Made by a program: the position numbers and the translations under genes. Shown piece after piece: positions 31,821 through 42,518 of a stretch of DNA of 64,000 nt. Below the pieces are notes generated by a model that had not been told where the DNA came from, did not search any database, and saw only the letters and a list, made by a program, of their open reading frames with translations. The stretch is from an uncultured delta proteobacterium. Lineage in GTDB: Bacteria; Myxococcota; Myxococcia; Myxococcales; Myxococcaceae. The stretch lies in assembly GCA_963796055.1 (NCBI GenBank), contig CAWCKH010000004.1, forward strand, positions 608,001 to 672,000, given 5' to 3'. Positions within the stretch are counted from its first letter, which is position 1. Each line of letters starts with the position of its first letter.

Positions 31821-32239
31821 CGCCAGCCGAGGCGCGTCTGGACGATGACGAAGGCGTAGTTCGCCACCACCGCCGCCACCAGGGCCGCCCGACCGGCGCG
31901 CGCCTCCCGCGGCGACAGCTGCGGGACCGGGAGCGACAGCCGGAACACCCACTGCAGCAGGCCCAGCACCGCGGCCCCGGCGAGGAGGCAGCCCGCCAGC
32001 GCCCCGAGCGGGTTGGACTCGAAGGCGAAGCCGAATCTCAGGTGGGCCAGCCCGTCCGCCGCCCGGGTCAGCCCGCATCCCGGGCACGGCCAGCCGGTGT
32101 GCTCCCGGAACGTGCAGTGCCAGAACGGGAGCCGGGCGACGGGCACGAAACGGGCCACCAACAGCCCCAGCGCCCCGAGCAGCCCCAGCGCGTGGAGGAG
32201 CGTGAAGCGTCGCTCACGTGGCGTCCAGTGGAGCGTCAT
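31817..32239 (-). CDS. DUF2752 domain membrane protein
   Basis: CTFREHTGWPCPGCGLTRA ... NPLG; start at ATG 32239. Confidence 0.85.
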   Translation of the reverse strand: MTLHWTPRERRFTLLHALGLLGALGLLVARFVPVARLPFWHCTFREHTGWPCPGCGLTRAADGLAHLRFGFAFESNPLGALAGCLLAGAAVLGLLQWVFRLSLPVPQLSPREARAGRAALVAAVVANYAFVIVQTRLGWR

Positions 32240-32247
32240 CCGGTGTC

Positions 32248-33138
32248 CTAGAGCGACTGCGAGCCGCCTCCGGCCATGCTCCCCACCATCCCGGCGACGG
32301 CGGCGATGACCGCCGAGGCGAGGGCTCCACAGCAGCAGACGAGGACCACGAAGGGCAGCAGCACGATGCCCGCCGCCTTGCCCATGCTCGTCTCCTGGAG
32401 GCTGGAGACCCCGAAGATGGCGAGGACCAGGGTGTAGAGGCTCGCCAGGACGCCGAAGCAGGGGACGATGCCTAGCAGGTTCGGACCGCTGGCGTAGCAG
32501 AGGGCGCGCACCGTCGCGCCGTACCCGTTCCGCGCCGCCCCGAAGAGCATCGCCACCAGATGCAGCACGCCCGCCCCGGCCAGGACGAACAGGGGATACA
32601 GCAGCAACGAGACCAGCAGCGAGCCGACACCCGCCCCCCCGGAGAAGGCGCGCATCGCGGTCTCCATCTGCGGGTCGCCGCCGAAGTTGCTGGGGGGACG
32701 GAACATCCCCAGCCCCACGAAGGGCAGCCCCACCGCCACGGTGATGCCGTAGATGATCCACGCGTAGTACAGCGCCTCGCTCCACGGCACGTCGGGGCGA
32801 ACGGTGGGGAAGAACGCCTGCGGCGACAGCACGCTCCGCTTCCAGGTCTCGAAGAAGCCCTGGACCAGGCCAATCTCCCGCCGGCGCTCCCAGGGAGTCA
32901 GCTCGCGGTGCCCGGGGATGGGTCCGCCTCCCGGGGGAGGTTCACCGGTGAACCGGCCTCCGCCGAAGCCTGCGCCGGCCCCACCGCCGCCCGCCGGAGG
33001 CTGTCCCCAGGTATCCGGGACGGGTGGCCGCGCATACGGCTCCGGCACGTCCACCTGCTGCCCGCAGTTCGGGCAGAACTGGATGCCGCTCCGGTCTGTG
33101 GTGAAGACGGTGGAACAGCGGGGGCAGCGGGCTTCCAT
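32248..33138 (-). CDS. Zinc-ribbon + YIP1 family membrane protein
   Basis: CPRC..FCPNCG, TPWERR, several TM helices, Cys-rich tail. Confidence 0.8.
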   Translation of the reverse strand: MEARCPRCSTVFTTDRSGIQFCPNCGQQVDVPEPYARPPVPDTWGQPPAGGGGAGAGFGGGRFTGEPPPGGGPIPGHRELTPWERRREIGLVQGFFETWKRSVLSPQAFFPTVRPDVPWSEALYYAWIIYGITVAVGLPFVGLGMFRPPSNFGGDPQMETAMRAFSGGAGVGSLLVSLLLYPLFVLAGAGVLHLVAMLFGAARNGYGATVRALCYASGPNLLGIVPCFGVLASLYTLVLAIFGVSSLQETSMGKAAGIVLLPFVVLVCCCGALASAVIAAVAGMVGSMAGGGSQSL

Positions 33139-33201
33139 GAGTCCTCCCTCGCGTGGGCGCCGAGCCTAGACAGCCGCCCTTCCCCGTTGGAAGGTCAAAC
33201 C

Positions 33202-33741
33202 GTGGCGCGCGCGTACAGCATGCAGGCGGTGCAGCACGCGGCCGCCCGTGCCGTCGGGCTCGTCCGCGCATTCCTCCTCGCCGAGGTGGCGGGCTCGCAG
33301 GTGCACGACGTCCAGGAGGACCCGCGCTTCCAGCACCGGGGGGTGGATCTGCTCTGGGAGCGTCCCGGCTCCGACGTCCTCGGGGTCGAGGTGAAGGGCG
33401 ATCGGCAGGGCGGCCGGCGCGGCACCTACTTCCTCGAGCTGATCTCGAACGCGGAGAAGGACACCCCGGGGTGCTTCCTCTACAGCAGCGCGGACCTCCT
33501 GGCGTACGTGTTCCTGGACCGCCGGGAGCTGCATCTCTTGCCCCTCCCCGCGGTCCGCGCCTGGTTCCTGGCCCGCTCGGGCGAGTTCCCGCTCCGGCAG
33601 GCCCGGACGCGGATTGGTCCGGCGCAGTACACGACGGTGGGGGCAGCGGTGCCGGCCCGGAGGCTCCTCTCCGAGGTCCCAGGGGCGCGGCGGCTCGAGC
33701 TGGCCCCGGTTCGTCCCGTCGGCGGCAGGACGGCACCTTGA
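33202..33741 (+). CDS. Stand-alone PD-(D/E)XK nuclease-like protein
   Basis: GVDLL...VEVKGD...FLELISN motif; start at GTG 33202 or ATG 33220. Confidence 0.65.
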   Translation: MARAYSMQAVQHAAARAVGLVRAFLLAEVAGSQVHDVQEDPRFQHRGVDLLWERPGSDVLGVEVKGDRQGGRRGTYFLELISNAEKDTPGCFLYSSADLLAYVFLDRRELHLLPLPAVRAWFLARSGEFPLRQARTRIGPAQYTTVGAAVPARRLLSEVPGARRLELAPVRPVGGRTAP

Positions 33742-33809
33742 GGCCCCGGACTACTCGCTGGATGCATGGTAACAATCGGCCCGGGGGAGAGGCCCAGGGA
33801 GTGTCCTCG

Positions 33810-34664
33810 ATGATGCACCGCGCGCTGCTCGCCCTGCCCTTCCTCCTCGCCGGCTGCTCCTCCGAGCTCGATTTGGTTCCGGACGGGGGCTTCCCTCCGG
33901 CCTGCTTCGCGCCCTCCGACGGGGGCGTGTTCGCCAGAGGGCTGTCCGCACCGGTCCCCGGGTGTGCCGCGCCACCAGGCACCGTCGGGGTCCTCGACCT
34001 CGCCACGCTGGGGTGGGCGCCGGTGGGCGGGCTGCTGGTCGTCCCGGCCTCCGATCCCGGGACGGCGCTTCCGGTGGTGTTCGTGTTTCACGGCGCGGGG
34101 GGAAGCGGGGCCGGGGTCCGCGCTCGGTTCGCGCTGGAGGGTCCCAGCGACGGCGGCGCCATCCTCGTCTACCCCAACGCAGTCGAGGGAACCTGGGACA
34201 TCACCCGCTTCTCGCCGGACGGGCGGCAGGTGGACCGGCTCATCCAGCTGCTCTCGGAGCGCTACTGCATCGACCCGGACCGCGTGTACCTCACCGGGTT
34301 CAGCGCGGGCGCGGTCTTCACCCTGTACCTGGGGTGCAACGTGCCCGGCGCGTTCCGCGGCATGGCCGCGGTGGCGGGGAGCGACTCGAGATTTGACACC
34401 CGCTGCTGCCAGGGACCGATCTCGGCCATCTTCATCCACGGCACTCAGGACAGCGACATTCCGCTCATCGAGGGACGGCGCGCGCGGGGGCACACCCTGG
34501 CCCGGGACCAGTGCAGCGGGAGCACCGCACCGGACGGCCCGCACTGCGTCGGCCACGCCTGCCCGGCGCCCTGGGCCGTCGACGCGTGCGAGTGGGACGG
34601 TGACCATGACATCCCGGACTGGGCCGGGGCGGAGATCTCCCGTTTCTTCTCGCTGTCCCCCTGA
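33810..34664 (+). CDS. Lipoprotein esterase (PHB depolymerase/LpqC/feruloyl esterase-like)
   Basis: Lipobox LAGC; FHGAGG, GFSAG nucleophile elbow, HGTQD, catalytic His near DHDIP. Confidence 0.8.
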   Translation: MMHRALLALPFLLAGCSSELDLVPDGGFPPACFAPSDGGVFARGLSAPVPGCAAPPGTVGVLDLATLGWAPVGGLLVVPASDPGTALPVVFVFHGAGGSGAGVRARFALEGPSDGGAILVYPNAVEGTWDITRFSPDGRQVDRLIQLLSERYCIDPDRVYLTGFSAGAVFTLYLGCNVPGAFRGMAAVAGSDSRFDTRCCQGPISAIFIHGTQDSDIPLIEGRRARGHTLARDQCSGSTAPDGPHCVGHACPAPWAVDACEWDGDHDIPDWAGAEISRFFSLSP

Positions 34665-34678
34665 CCGGCGCCGCCGGC

Positions 34679-36223
34679 TCAGGCGACGGGTGCCGCCACT
34701 GGCCGCCCGTCCACCCGCGGCCAGTCGGTGGCCGAGCGCCGCCCGTCTGGCACCCGGGCCCGAAGCGAGGGGATGCAGCCGCGCTGGGCGAAGGCGCGCT
34801 TCCAGGCCGAGAAGCTGCCCCCGGCGAGCCAGGCATCCATTGCCGCGAGCCCCGCCTCGGGACCGCACTGGGCGAGCATGTACTCCACCCAGGCCCACCG
34901 CGCGGAGGTGGGCCGCACCTCGGCCTTCCCCTTCAGCCCTCGGCGCAGCCGGTCCAGCCGTCCGTCAATCTCCCGGATTCCCGCGAACGGCGCTCCATCG
35001 AGGGGCGTGTGCCGCTTGGAGACAAAGGGCGACACTCCGAGCGCCACCGGGAGATACCCTGCCAGCTCACGGGTGAACCCCACCAGCTCGTCCACGTCGC
35101 CGTCCGTCTCCAGCGGCAGGCCCACCATCGAGTACACCTTGAGCCGCTCCATCCCGGCGGAGGCGGCGAGGCGAGCCGCGCGCACCAGCTGCTCCTCGGA
35201 GTGCTTCCGGTCGACCAGGTCCCGCATCCGCTGGCTCGCGCCGTCCGAGGCCACGGTGAGCACCCGGGCCCCACCGCGGCGGAGCGTGTCCACCAGCTCC
35301 TGGGTGAGCCGGTCCGCCCGGAGCGAGGAGACTCCCACCTCACGGCCCGAATCGACGAGGGTCCGGAGCAGCTCGACGATGCGCGGGTGGTCGGTCACCG
35401 CCGCGCCGACCAGGCCCACCCGGCGGGCGACCTCCGGGACGAGCTCCAGCACCCGCTCGGGGGGCACGGTGCGCATGCCGCCGTTCGTCGTCCGGCGCAT
35501 GACGCAGTAGTGACAACCCCGGCTGCAGCCGCGCTCCGGCTCGACCAGGAACATCGAGGAGAGCTCGGTGTGGGGGGTGAGAATCTGCGACCGCGCCGGG
35601 AGCCGGGCGTCGTCTGCCCGGGTCACCTGGAGCGACACCCCGCCCCGGCCGGGCACCCGGAACCCCGGAGTCCGCGCCAGGCGGTCGAGGAGCGCCTCCC
35701 GGCCGGGTTCTGCGGCCAGGGCGTCCAACAGCTGGTGGACGAGCCCATCCGCCTCGCCCTGCACCAGCACGTCCACGAAGGGTTCCAGCGGCTCGGGGTT
35801 GGAGAAGGTCAGGGGCCCTCCGGCGACGACCAGCGGCCAGACGGTTCCTCTCTCCGAGGCCAGCACGGGGAGCCCGGACAGGGCTAGGACGTCCAGGAGC
35901 CCAGGCAGCTCGAGCTCGTAGGCCACCGAGAAGGCGAGCACGGGGAACTCCCCCACCGGGGTGGCCGACTCGAGGGTGAACAGGGGGGTCCGGCTCTCGC
36001 GGAAGGCCTCCACCTCGTCCGGCAGGAACACCCGCTCTGCGGTTGCCCCGGGGTGGGCGTGAATCTCCCGGTAGATGGTCTGGAACCCGAGCGAGCTCAT
36101 CCCCACGTGGTAGGGGCTCGGGTAGCAGAGGGCCACGCGCAGGGGCGCGACCTTGTGCAGGGTCCCCTGCTCGTCGGCGAGCAAGGCCTGGCGGCGCGCG
36201 AGGAGGTCCCGGGAGGAGGTCAC
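34679..36223 (-). CDS. Radical SAM protein (YgiQ/TIGR03960-like group)
   Basis: YPSPYHVGMSSLG N-terminus; RGCSRGCHYC; SSLRAD; MVGLP.ETD. Confidence 0.85.
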   Translation of the reverse strand: MTSSRDLLARRQALLADEQGTLHKVAPLRVALCYPSPYHVGMSSLGFQTIYREIHAHPGATAERVFLPDEVEAFRESRTPLFTLESATPVGEFPVLAFSVAYELELPGLLDVLALSGLPVLASERGTVWPLVVAGGPLTFSNPEPLEPFVDVLVQGEADGLVHQLLDALAAEPGREALLDRLARTPGFRVPGRGGVSLQVTRADDARLPARSQILTPHTELSSMFLVEPERGCSRGCHYCVMRRTTNGGMRTVPPERVLELVPEVARRVGLVGAAVTDHPRIVELLRTLVDSGREVGVSSLRADRLTQELVDTLRRGGARVLTVASDGASQRMRDLVDRKHSEEQLVRAARLAASAGMERLKVYSMVGLPLETDGDVDELVGFTRELAGYLPVALGVSPFVSKRHTPLDGAPFAGIREIDGRLDRLRRGLKGKAEVRPTSARWAWVEYMLAQCGPEAGLAAMDAWLAGGSFSAWKRAFAQRGCIPSLRARVPDGRRSATDWPRVDGRPVAAPVA

Positions 36224-36339
36224 AGACACAGGAGGGCTAACGCGCCCCCGCCGGCGCGTCCAGGGCCCCTGGAAACGACGAACCCCGGTGACCCGCGAAA
36301 GGGCCACCGGGGCTCGAAGCGAATCCCTCTCGCTTCAGC

Positions 36340-37086
36340 TCACGGAGCGCTCGGATCCCAGCCGCCAAGGCTGGGGTACGGGTCGGTGAAGAAGCAGATG
36401 CCGGTGTCCGGGTCCCCGGTGTAGTCGGTGGCCCAGGCATCCTTCACGCAGTGCTGCTTGTAGAGCGAGTTGATGCCGGAGGCGAAGGGCTGCGCGAAGG
36501 GGTCGCAGTTCGGACCGTCGGCGTCCGCCTGCGTCTGCGCGCACGGCACGTAGGGGTTGAGCGCCTGCGCGGAGTAGCTCCGGGTGCAGCCTGCGTTGGT
36601 GTAGGTGACGTCCGCGGTGAACTCCGTGCCCAGGTAGAGCGCGGTGTTCAACCACGTCATCTTGGTAAAGGCGATGCTCTTGGTGGGGGTGATCTGCATC
36701 GTGCTCATGTCGGAGACGGTGCAATTCTGGTCCGCCTCCGGGAACGCCTGATCGAAGTGGCCTTTCCCGTAGAGCGTCGCGTTGGAGTCGGGCGGGTTCG
36801 GGAGGAAGGCCGTCGACTGGCGGGAGAACGCGACGATCAGACGGTCCTCGTACGGACTGAACGTCCAGCGGTCGGCGAAGATGTCCGGGGTGCTGGTCTC
36901 GCATCCCGGGGTCACCGCCGAGGTGGCCGTGAACTGGATGATGTACGGTCCGTTGGCCGAGCTCTGGAGCTGACAGTCGGCCGCCTGCATGGATCCACAC
37001 CCCGCCGTGGCGAGCGCCACGGCGGCGAAGAGGCCCAGGAAGAGGAAGCGGCTCATGGTGCTTGGATTCCTGTGGAGGGCGTTCAT
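36340..37086 (-). CDS. mlpA: MlpA-like Cys-rich lipoprotein
   Basis: Lipobox TAGC, multiple Cys; TAATG coupling to the Oar-like gene, as in the Myxococcus oar-mlpA operon. Confidence 0.65.
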   Translation of the reverse strand: MNALHRNPSTMSRFLFLGLFAAVALATAGCGSMQAADCQLQSSANGPYIIQFTATSAVTPGCETSTPDIFADRWTFSPYEDRLIVAFSRQSTAFLPNPPDSNATLYGKGHFDQAFPEADQNCTVSDMSTMQITPTKSIAFTKMTWLNTALYLGTEFTADVTYTNAGCTRSYSAQALNPYVPCAQTQADADGPNCDPFAQPFASGINSLYKQHCVKDAWATDYTGDPDTGICFFTDPYPSLGGWDPSAP

Positions 37087-40000
37087 TAGAAGGTCACCCG
37101 CAGGCTGAACCGGAACTGGCGGACCGGCTGGTAGGCGTTCGGCTGACCCCAGGTGGGGTTGGTCTGCGCGACGATGGGGTTCTGGTTGGCGTCAGGGAGG
37201 ACCACGAGGCCCCTGTTGCCGGACGGATACACGTACGGCCTGGGGAGGTTGCCGTTGCCCTGAGTGCAGTTCGCGGGATCGGTCTCTCCATCCGCGCACG
37301 TCCCGCCGTACTGCTGCGGGATGTTGCCCGGGGTGGCCCCGATGATCGGACCCACGGAGTCCTGCGTGTACCGCTGGTCGCTCTGGATGGGCCGCTGCGA
37401 GTTGAAGATGTTGAAGGCTTCGACCGAGGCGGTGACGACGAGGTCCTTGGTGAACCGGTAGTTGAAGTTCACCTTCCCGTCGAGGCTGGTCACCCAGGGG
37501 AGGCGTCCGGCGCTGCCACGCACCAGGAGGTAGGCCAGGCCGTCGCCGTAGATCGGGTGCGCGCCGAGCGCGTCCACCGGGGTGCCGGAGTTGGCGTTGA
37601 ACGAGCCACCGACGCTGATGCTGAAGGCCGGGGTGATGATGAACTCCTTCGCCAGGTAGATCTTGATGAAGTGGGTGATGTCGGCGCTGAGCACGCCGTC
37701 ACCGTTCAGGAGCAGGGTCTTCAGGTCGAAGTTGGCGGTGATGTTCGGATCGAGCTGCTGCTGGTAGTTCGGCGACCAGAGGCCGTCGTAGTTACCGGTC
37801 AGCCGCGACCAGGTGTAGCTGACCTGCGCGAGCCAGAGGTCGGAGAAGGTCTTGTTGAAGGTGACCGTCACCGCGTCGTAGACGCGCTTCGCCTTGGGGA
37901 ACGAGTCGGCAATGCCCTCACCGGGGTTGCCGATGAAGTAGGTCTGGCCGTCGGTGTTGGACATGTCCTCGAGGGCCCGGCGCAGATTCCGGTGCGTGTA
38001 GCTCAATCCGACGCGGGCGTTGGGGATGACCTCGTACTCGGCGCCGGCCACGACCTCCTCGTTGGAGGGGCTCTTCACGTTCGGGTCGATCGCGCTCGGG
38101 TACGGGGCCCCGGTCGTGGTCCAGAGCTGATTGGGTCCGGCATAGCGTACGAAGGTGGCGGCATCGCATCCCTGCCGCCGGTCGACCAGCGGGTTACAGT
38201 TGTGGTTTCCGACGAGCTGGACCTCGGCGCTGAGGGCGCGGTTCGCCAGGTCGAGGGGAATGTTCTCGAAGTAGATCCCGTAGTTGGCGTAGATCTTCGC
38301 GCGGCCCTGCTGCGTCGGATCCCACACCGCACCTATGCGGGGGCTCCACTGGTCGTTGAGGGTCAGGCGGTTCAGACCGTCGATTCCCTGCATGGCCAGT
38401 GCGTCGTAGCGAAGGCCGAGGTTGACGGTGACCTTGTCCATCACGCTCCAGCTGTCCTGGACGAACCCACCGGCGATCTGCGACTTGACCTTCTTGTGGG
38501 TGATCGGCTCGTCGGTGATGGTGTCGACGTCACTGATTCTCCCGTACCGGCGGTAGTCGAAGACGTAGCCGCCACCGATGGCGTTGCCTGGACCGAGGAG
38601 CGCCAGCTGGGCGGCGGTCGGGGTGTTGGTCCGGTACGCTGATCCGCCCGTGTACCCCGACTGGATGTCGTAGTCGGCCGCCTGGTAGTCGAACCCGGCC
38701 TTCAGCACGTGGTGGCCGAGAGCGCTGACCAGGTAGGTCAACACGCCACGCACCTGGTAGCTGTTGAGGTCGTTCTGGTTGATGAACCCAGGGCCGCCAT
38801 AGAAGTAGTTGGTGACGCCGCACACCGAGTCGGGCTGGCCGGTGCAGGCCGCCACCACGCTCGCCGGCAGGCTCTGATCGAAAAGGAGGATGTTCCGCGC
38901 GGCCGCGCGGCTACGCACGCTCGACGTTCCGGCCAGGGTCGCCGCATTGTCGACGTCGAAGCCGGAGCCATCCGGAGGGGTGATGCCGTCCTTCTGGTGG
39001 TGCCAGCCGCCCTTGATGTCGAGGAGCAGCTTCTTGTCCAGGAAGGAGCCGTTGTACTCGCCGGAGACGTCCATCGAGTCGATCTGCACCGCAGCGCCGA
39101 AGCTGTTGAACGTGCCGTTGGCGTAGGTGGGCGCGGTCACCACGCCGCGCGACGTCGACAGGGCGCGGAAGGGGAAGGAGCCGCCGCCGCCGCCGCTGGT
39201 GGGCGTCCCGGTCACGGACACGCTGAGGCGGTGGTCCGGGTTCACCTGGAAGGTGAGCTTTCCGATGTAGTTCCAGGAGTGCTCGTCGCCGAAGCGCCGC
39301 TGCGTCGAGTCCGGGATGTCGGTGTAGGTGGTTCCGTCGAAGGTGCGGAAGCTCCGGGTGTAGGAGTACCGGGTCGCGGAGTACTGGGCACCGACGAAGA
39401 ACCAGAGGCGGTCCTTGATGATGTAGCCGCCGAGGGTCGCGCCGATGTCCCCGATGTTGGAGAGCTCCCGGTTCGAAGCGATGGTCAGGTTCTGCACCGG
39501 CACTGGGGTGGCCGGACCGGTGAGGCCGCCCGGCGACCAGGTTCCGAACACCGACCCGTGGAACTCGTTACCACCGGTCTTGGTGACTGCGCTGATCGCG
39601 CCACCGGTCGACCGACCGTACTCCGGCATGTAGCCGCCGGTGATGACGTTGACCTCGTCGATGAACTCCGAGGTCAGCGGGCTTCCGTTCACGCCGTAGG
39701 CGGGGTTGTTCGTGGACAGGCCGTCGACCAGGTACAGCTGCTCGGGAGACTGAGCGCCGTTGATCGCCACGCCGTACACGTCTGCGGTCGCCTGGGGCGC
39801 GGCGAGGGCGAGGGAGTCGAACGACCGGTTCGCACCCGCCAGGCCACCGGGCCGGGCCACGGCGATGTTGCGGATGAAGTCCTGGTTGATGTTGGCGCCG
39901 GTGGTGGAAGACCCGACGTCGACCACCGGGGGAGAGCCGACGACCGAGATCTCGGTCGCACCGGCGGTCTCAGGCAGCAGCTCCACATTCAGACGGAGCG

Positions 40001-40325
40001 TGCGGTCCGGGGACACGTCGATGCCCGTCCGGCTGAACGGGCGATAGGTCTCCTTCTCGAAGCGCAGGGTGTAAGTTCCCGGCGGCAGCTGAGGGATGCG
40101 GTAGAGACCGGTCGAGTCCGTGACGACGACTTGTTCGCCCTGCAGGCCAGGAGACGTTGCCGTGACCACCACGTCTGCGACGGGAGCCTTGGTGGCCGCG
40201 TCGACGACGTTACCCGTCAGCACCGAGGCGCCGATCTGGGCCCATGCTCCTGATCCTGCGAGCAGGGCGAGGCAGATCAGCGTCGCGCGGACATTCCTCG
40301 AGACGACTTTCTGTCTATGACTCAC
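37086..40325 (-). CDS. oar: Oar-type TonB-dependent outer-membrane transporter
   Basis: Signal peptide, carboxypeptidase-regulatory-like N-domain, plug (ITGGYMPEYGRSTGG), barrel ending FRFSLRVTF; GTG 40325 after GGAGGGG. Confidence 0.9.
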   Translation of the reverse strand: MSHRQKVVSRNVRATLICLALLAGSGAWAQIGASVLTGNVVDAATKAPVADVVVTATSPGLQGEQVVVTDSTGLYRIPQLPPGTYTLRFEKETYRPFSRTGIDVSPDRTLRLNVELLPETAGATEISVVGSPPVVDVGSSTTGANINQDFIRNIAVARPGGLAGANRSFDSLALAAPQATADVYGVAINGAQSPEQLYLVDGLSTNNPAYGVNGSPLTSEFIDEVNVITGGYMPEYGRSTGGAISAVTKTGGNEFHGSVFGTWSPGGLTGPATPVPVQNLTIASNRELSNIGDIGATLGGYIIKDRLWFFVGAQYSATRYSYTRSFRTFDGTTYTDIPDSTQRRFGDEHSWNYIGKLTFQVNPDHRLSVSVTGTPTSGGGGGSFPFRALSTSRGVVTAPTYANGTFNSFGAAVQIDSMDVSGEYNGSFLDKKLLLDIKGGWHHQKDGITPPDGSGFDVDNAATLAGTSSVRSRAAARNILLFDQSLPASVVAACTGQPDSVCGVTNYFYGGPGFINQNDLNSYQVRGVLTYLVSALGHHVLKAGFDYQAADYDIQSGYTGGSAYRTNTPTAAQLALLGPGNAIGGGYVFDYRRYGRISDVDTITDEPITHKKVKSQIAGGFVQDSWSVMDKVTVNLGLRYDALAMQGIDGLNRLTLNDQWSPRIGAVWDPTQQGRAKIYANYGIYFENIPLDLANRALSAEVQLVGNHNCNPLVDRRQGCDAATFVRYAGPNQLWTTTGAPYPSAIDPNVKSPSNEEVVAGAEYEVIPNARVGLSYTHRNLRRALEDMSNTDGQTYFIGNPGEGIADSFPKAKRVYDAVTVTFNKTFSDLWLAQVSYTWSRLTGNYDGLWSPNYQQQLDPNITANFDLKTLLLNGDGVLSADITHFIKIYLAKEFIITPAFSISVGGSFNANSGTPVDALGAHPIYGDGLAYLLVRGSAGRLPWVTSLDGKVNFNYRFTKDLVVTASVEAFNIFNSQRPIQSDQRYTQDSVGPIIGATPGNIPQQYGGTCADGETDPANCTQGNGNLPRPYVYPSGNRGLVVLPDANQNPIVAQTNPTWGQPNAYQPVRQFRFSLRVTF

Positions 40326-40613
40326 CGAGACCCCTCCAATGTGGCCGGAAAGCGGGAAAGCAGCCGCGCATGCTCCCCGGGCATACTCCGACCTGTCAAT
40401 AGAAGTTTGCATCATCTCGGTAGACACGACCCCCCGGTACGGATGGCCCCTTGTGCCCCCCGGCAGTGCCCGGCTGTGGGAATTCCACCGGGGATCGGCT
40501 TGTACAACTCCCCCGTTTTGATGTAGGCGCGCCCATTCCGGCTTCAGGGGAGACCTCAGGTCCGTGCCGCACCCGCTGGCGTTCAAAGGGCGGCGACAGG
40601 AGACAACAGACGT

Positions 40614-41324
40614 ATGTTCGATTCAGTGCTGGGCAAGGGTGTCACGCCCAAGTCCCGCTTCGGATCAGGCGCGGTGGTTTCGGTCCTGCTCCACGTGGGG
40701 CTCCTGGGCTTCGCCCTGTGGTTCTCGACCCGGCCTCCCCCCAAGGAGGACAAGGACGTCGCGGTGGTGCTGAAGGTGGCCCCGCCGCCGCCCCCGCCAC
40801 CCCCTCCGCCTGCGTCGAGCACCCCGAAGAAGACCCACGTCGAGAAGAAGAAGATCCCCAAGGACAAGATCATCCAGCCCAAGGAAATCCCCCAGGAGAA
40901 GCCCAAGGAGGCCGACCCCAACGACGAGCCCGAGGGCGTCGAGGGTGGGGTCGCGGGTGGCGTGGTGGGTGGCGTCGTCGGCGGGGTGGTGGGTGGCGTG
41001 GTCGGTGGCCAGCTGGGCAGCACCACCCTCTCCTTCGGCGAGGGCATGACCCGGCCCGAGCTCCAGTCGAGCCCCAACGGGAAGAAGGCCCCGGACTACA
41101 CCCGCGAGGCCCGCGAGGCGCGGGTGAGCGGCCTGATGATCGTCAAGTGCGTCATCACCAGCGAGGGGCGGGTGCAGAACTGCCAGATCATCAAGCCCAT
41201 CCCCCACATGGAGCAGGCAGTGCTTTCCTGGCTTCAGGCGTCGCGCTATTCGCCCGTCACATTCCAGGGGAAGCCGCAGCAGGTCAGCTACGTCTTCAAC
41301 TTCAAGCTCACCATGGCCGAGTAG
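40614..41324 (+). CDS. tonB: Energy transducer TonB
   Basis: SVLLH TM motif, poly-Pro, GGVV repeats, TonB C-domain (PDYTREAREARVSG). Confidence 0.92.
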   Translation: MFDSVLGKGVTPKSRFGSGAVVSVLLHVGLLGFALWFSTRPPPKEDKDVAVVLKVAPPPPPPPPPPASSTPKKTHVEKKKIPKDKIIQPKEIPQEKPKEADPNDEPEGVEGGVAGGVVGGVVGGVVGGVVGGQLGSTTLSFGEGMTRPELQSSPNGKKAPDYTREAREARVSGLMIVKCVITSEGRVQNCQIIKPIPHMEQAVLSWLQASRYSPVTFQGKPQQVSYVFNFKLTMAE

Positions 41325-41384
41325 CGGTCTCGGTCCGACAGGAACCCTTTCAACGGCGCATCACGGAGGCGCAGTCCAACAACC

Positions 41385-42083
41385 ATGCAATTCACTCTCA
41401 CTGACCTTTGGCACCACATGGGCCTGTTCGCGCGACTGATCGTCGCCGTGCTGGGCGTCATGTCCGTCGCGTCGCTCGTGGTGATGGCCGAGCGGCTCAT
41501 CGTCTTCAACAAGTCGCGCAGCGAGTCGCGCAACTTCGCCGAGAAGATGGCCAACACCCTCTCCAAGAACGACCTCATGACCGTGGCCGGGACCAAGGTC
41601 GGAGACAAGGTGGGCCACCTGGGCCGGGTGATCGGCGCCGGCCTGAACGCGCTCCGGCTGAGCACCGACAAGGACAAGGACCTGCAGGTGGAATCGGTGG
41701 CCCGCGCGCTCGAGCGGCAGGCCCAGCGCGAGGTCCAGAGCCTCAAGCGCGGCCTCGGACTGCTGGCCACCGTCGGCTCCACCGCCCCCTTCGTCGGTCT
41801 TCTGGGAACGGTGATGGGAATCGTGAACGCCTTCCAGTCCATGGCGCTCACCGGGTCGGGCGGTCTGGGCACCGTGTCCGCCGGTATCGCCGAGGCGCTG
41901 ATCACCACCGCCTTCGGTCTGCTGGTCGCGATCCCCGCGGTGATGGCCTACAACTACCTGCAGGGCTGGGTGGACGCCCGCGCGGTGGACATCAGCGAGT
42001 CGTCCAACGAGTTCCTGGACCTGGTCGCCAAGCAGGCGGGAACCTCCACCTCCGCCGCCGCCGCAGCAGCTTCGGGTCGGTAG
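41385..42083 (+). CDS. exbB: ExbB/TolQ/MotA proton channel
   Basis: LATVGSTAPFVGLLGTVMGI, GIAEALITTAFGL. Confidence 0.93.
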   Translation: MQFTLTDLWHHMGLFARLIVAVLGVMSVASLVVMAERLIVFNKSRSESRNFAEKMANTLSKNDLMTVAGTKVGDKVGHLGRVIGAGLNALRLSTDKDKDLQVESVARALERQAQREVQSLKRGLGLLATVGSTAPFVGLLGTVMGIVNAFQSMALTGSGGLGTVSAGIAEALITTAFGLLVAIPAVMAYNYLQGWVDARAVDISESSNEFLDLVAKQAGTSTSAAAAAASGR

Positions 42084-42107
42084 CCGAGCGGTGGGAGAGC
42101 TTTCGTC

Positions 42108-42518
<411 letters not shown>

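Noticed and set aside
40326..40586. 87-aa N-terminal extension of the Oar ORF
   Set aside because: A good RBS and signal peptide begin at GTG 40325; the upstream part is the divergent promoter region.
40781..41010. C-rich and GGTGGCGTG-type tandem repeats in tonB
   Set aside because: They encode the ordinary poly-Pro and GGVV linker of TonB.
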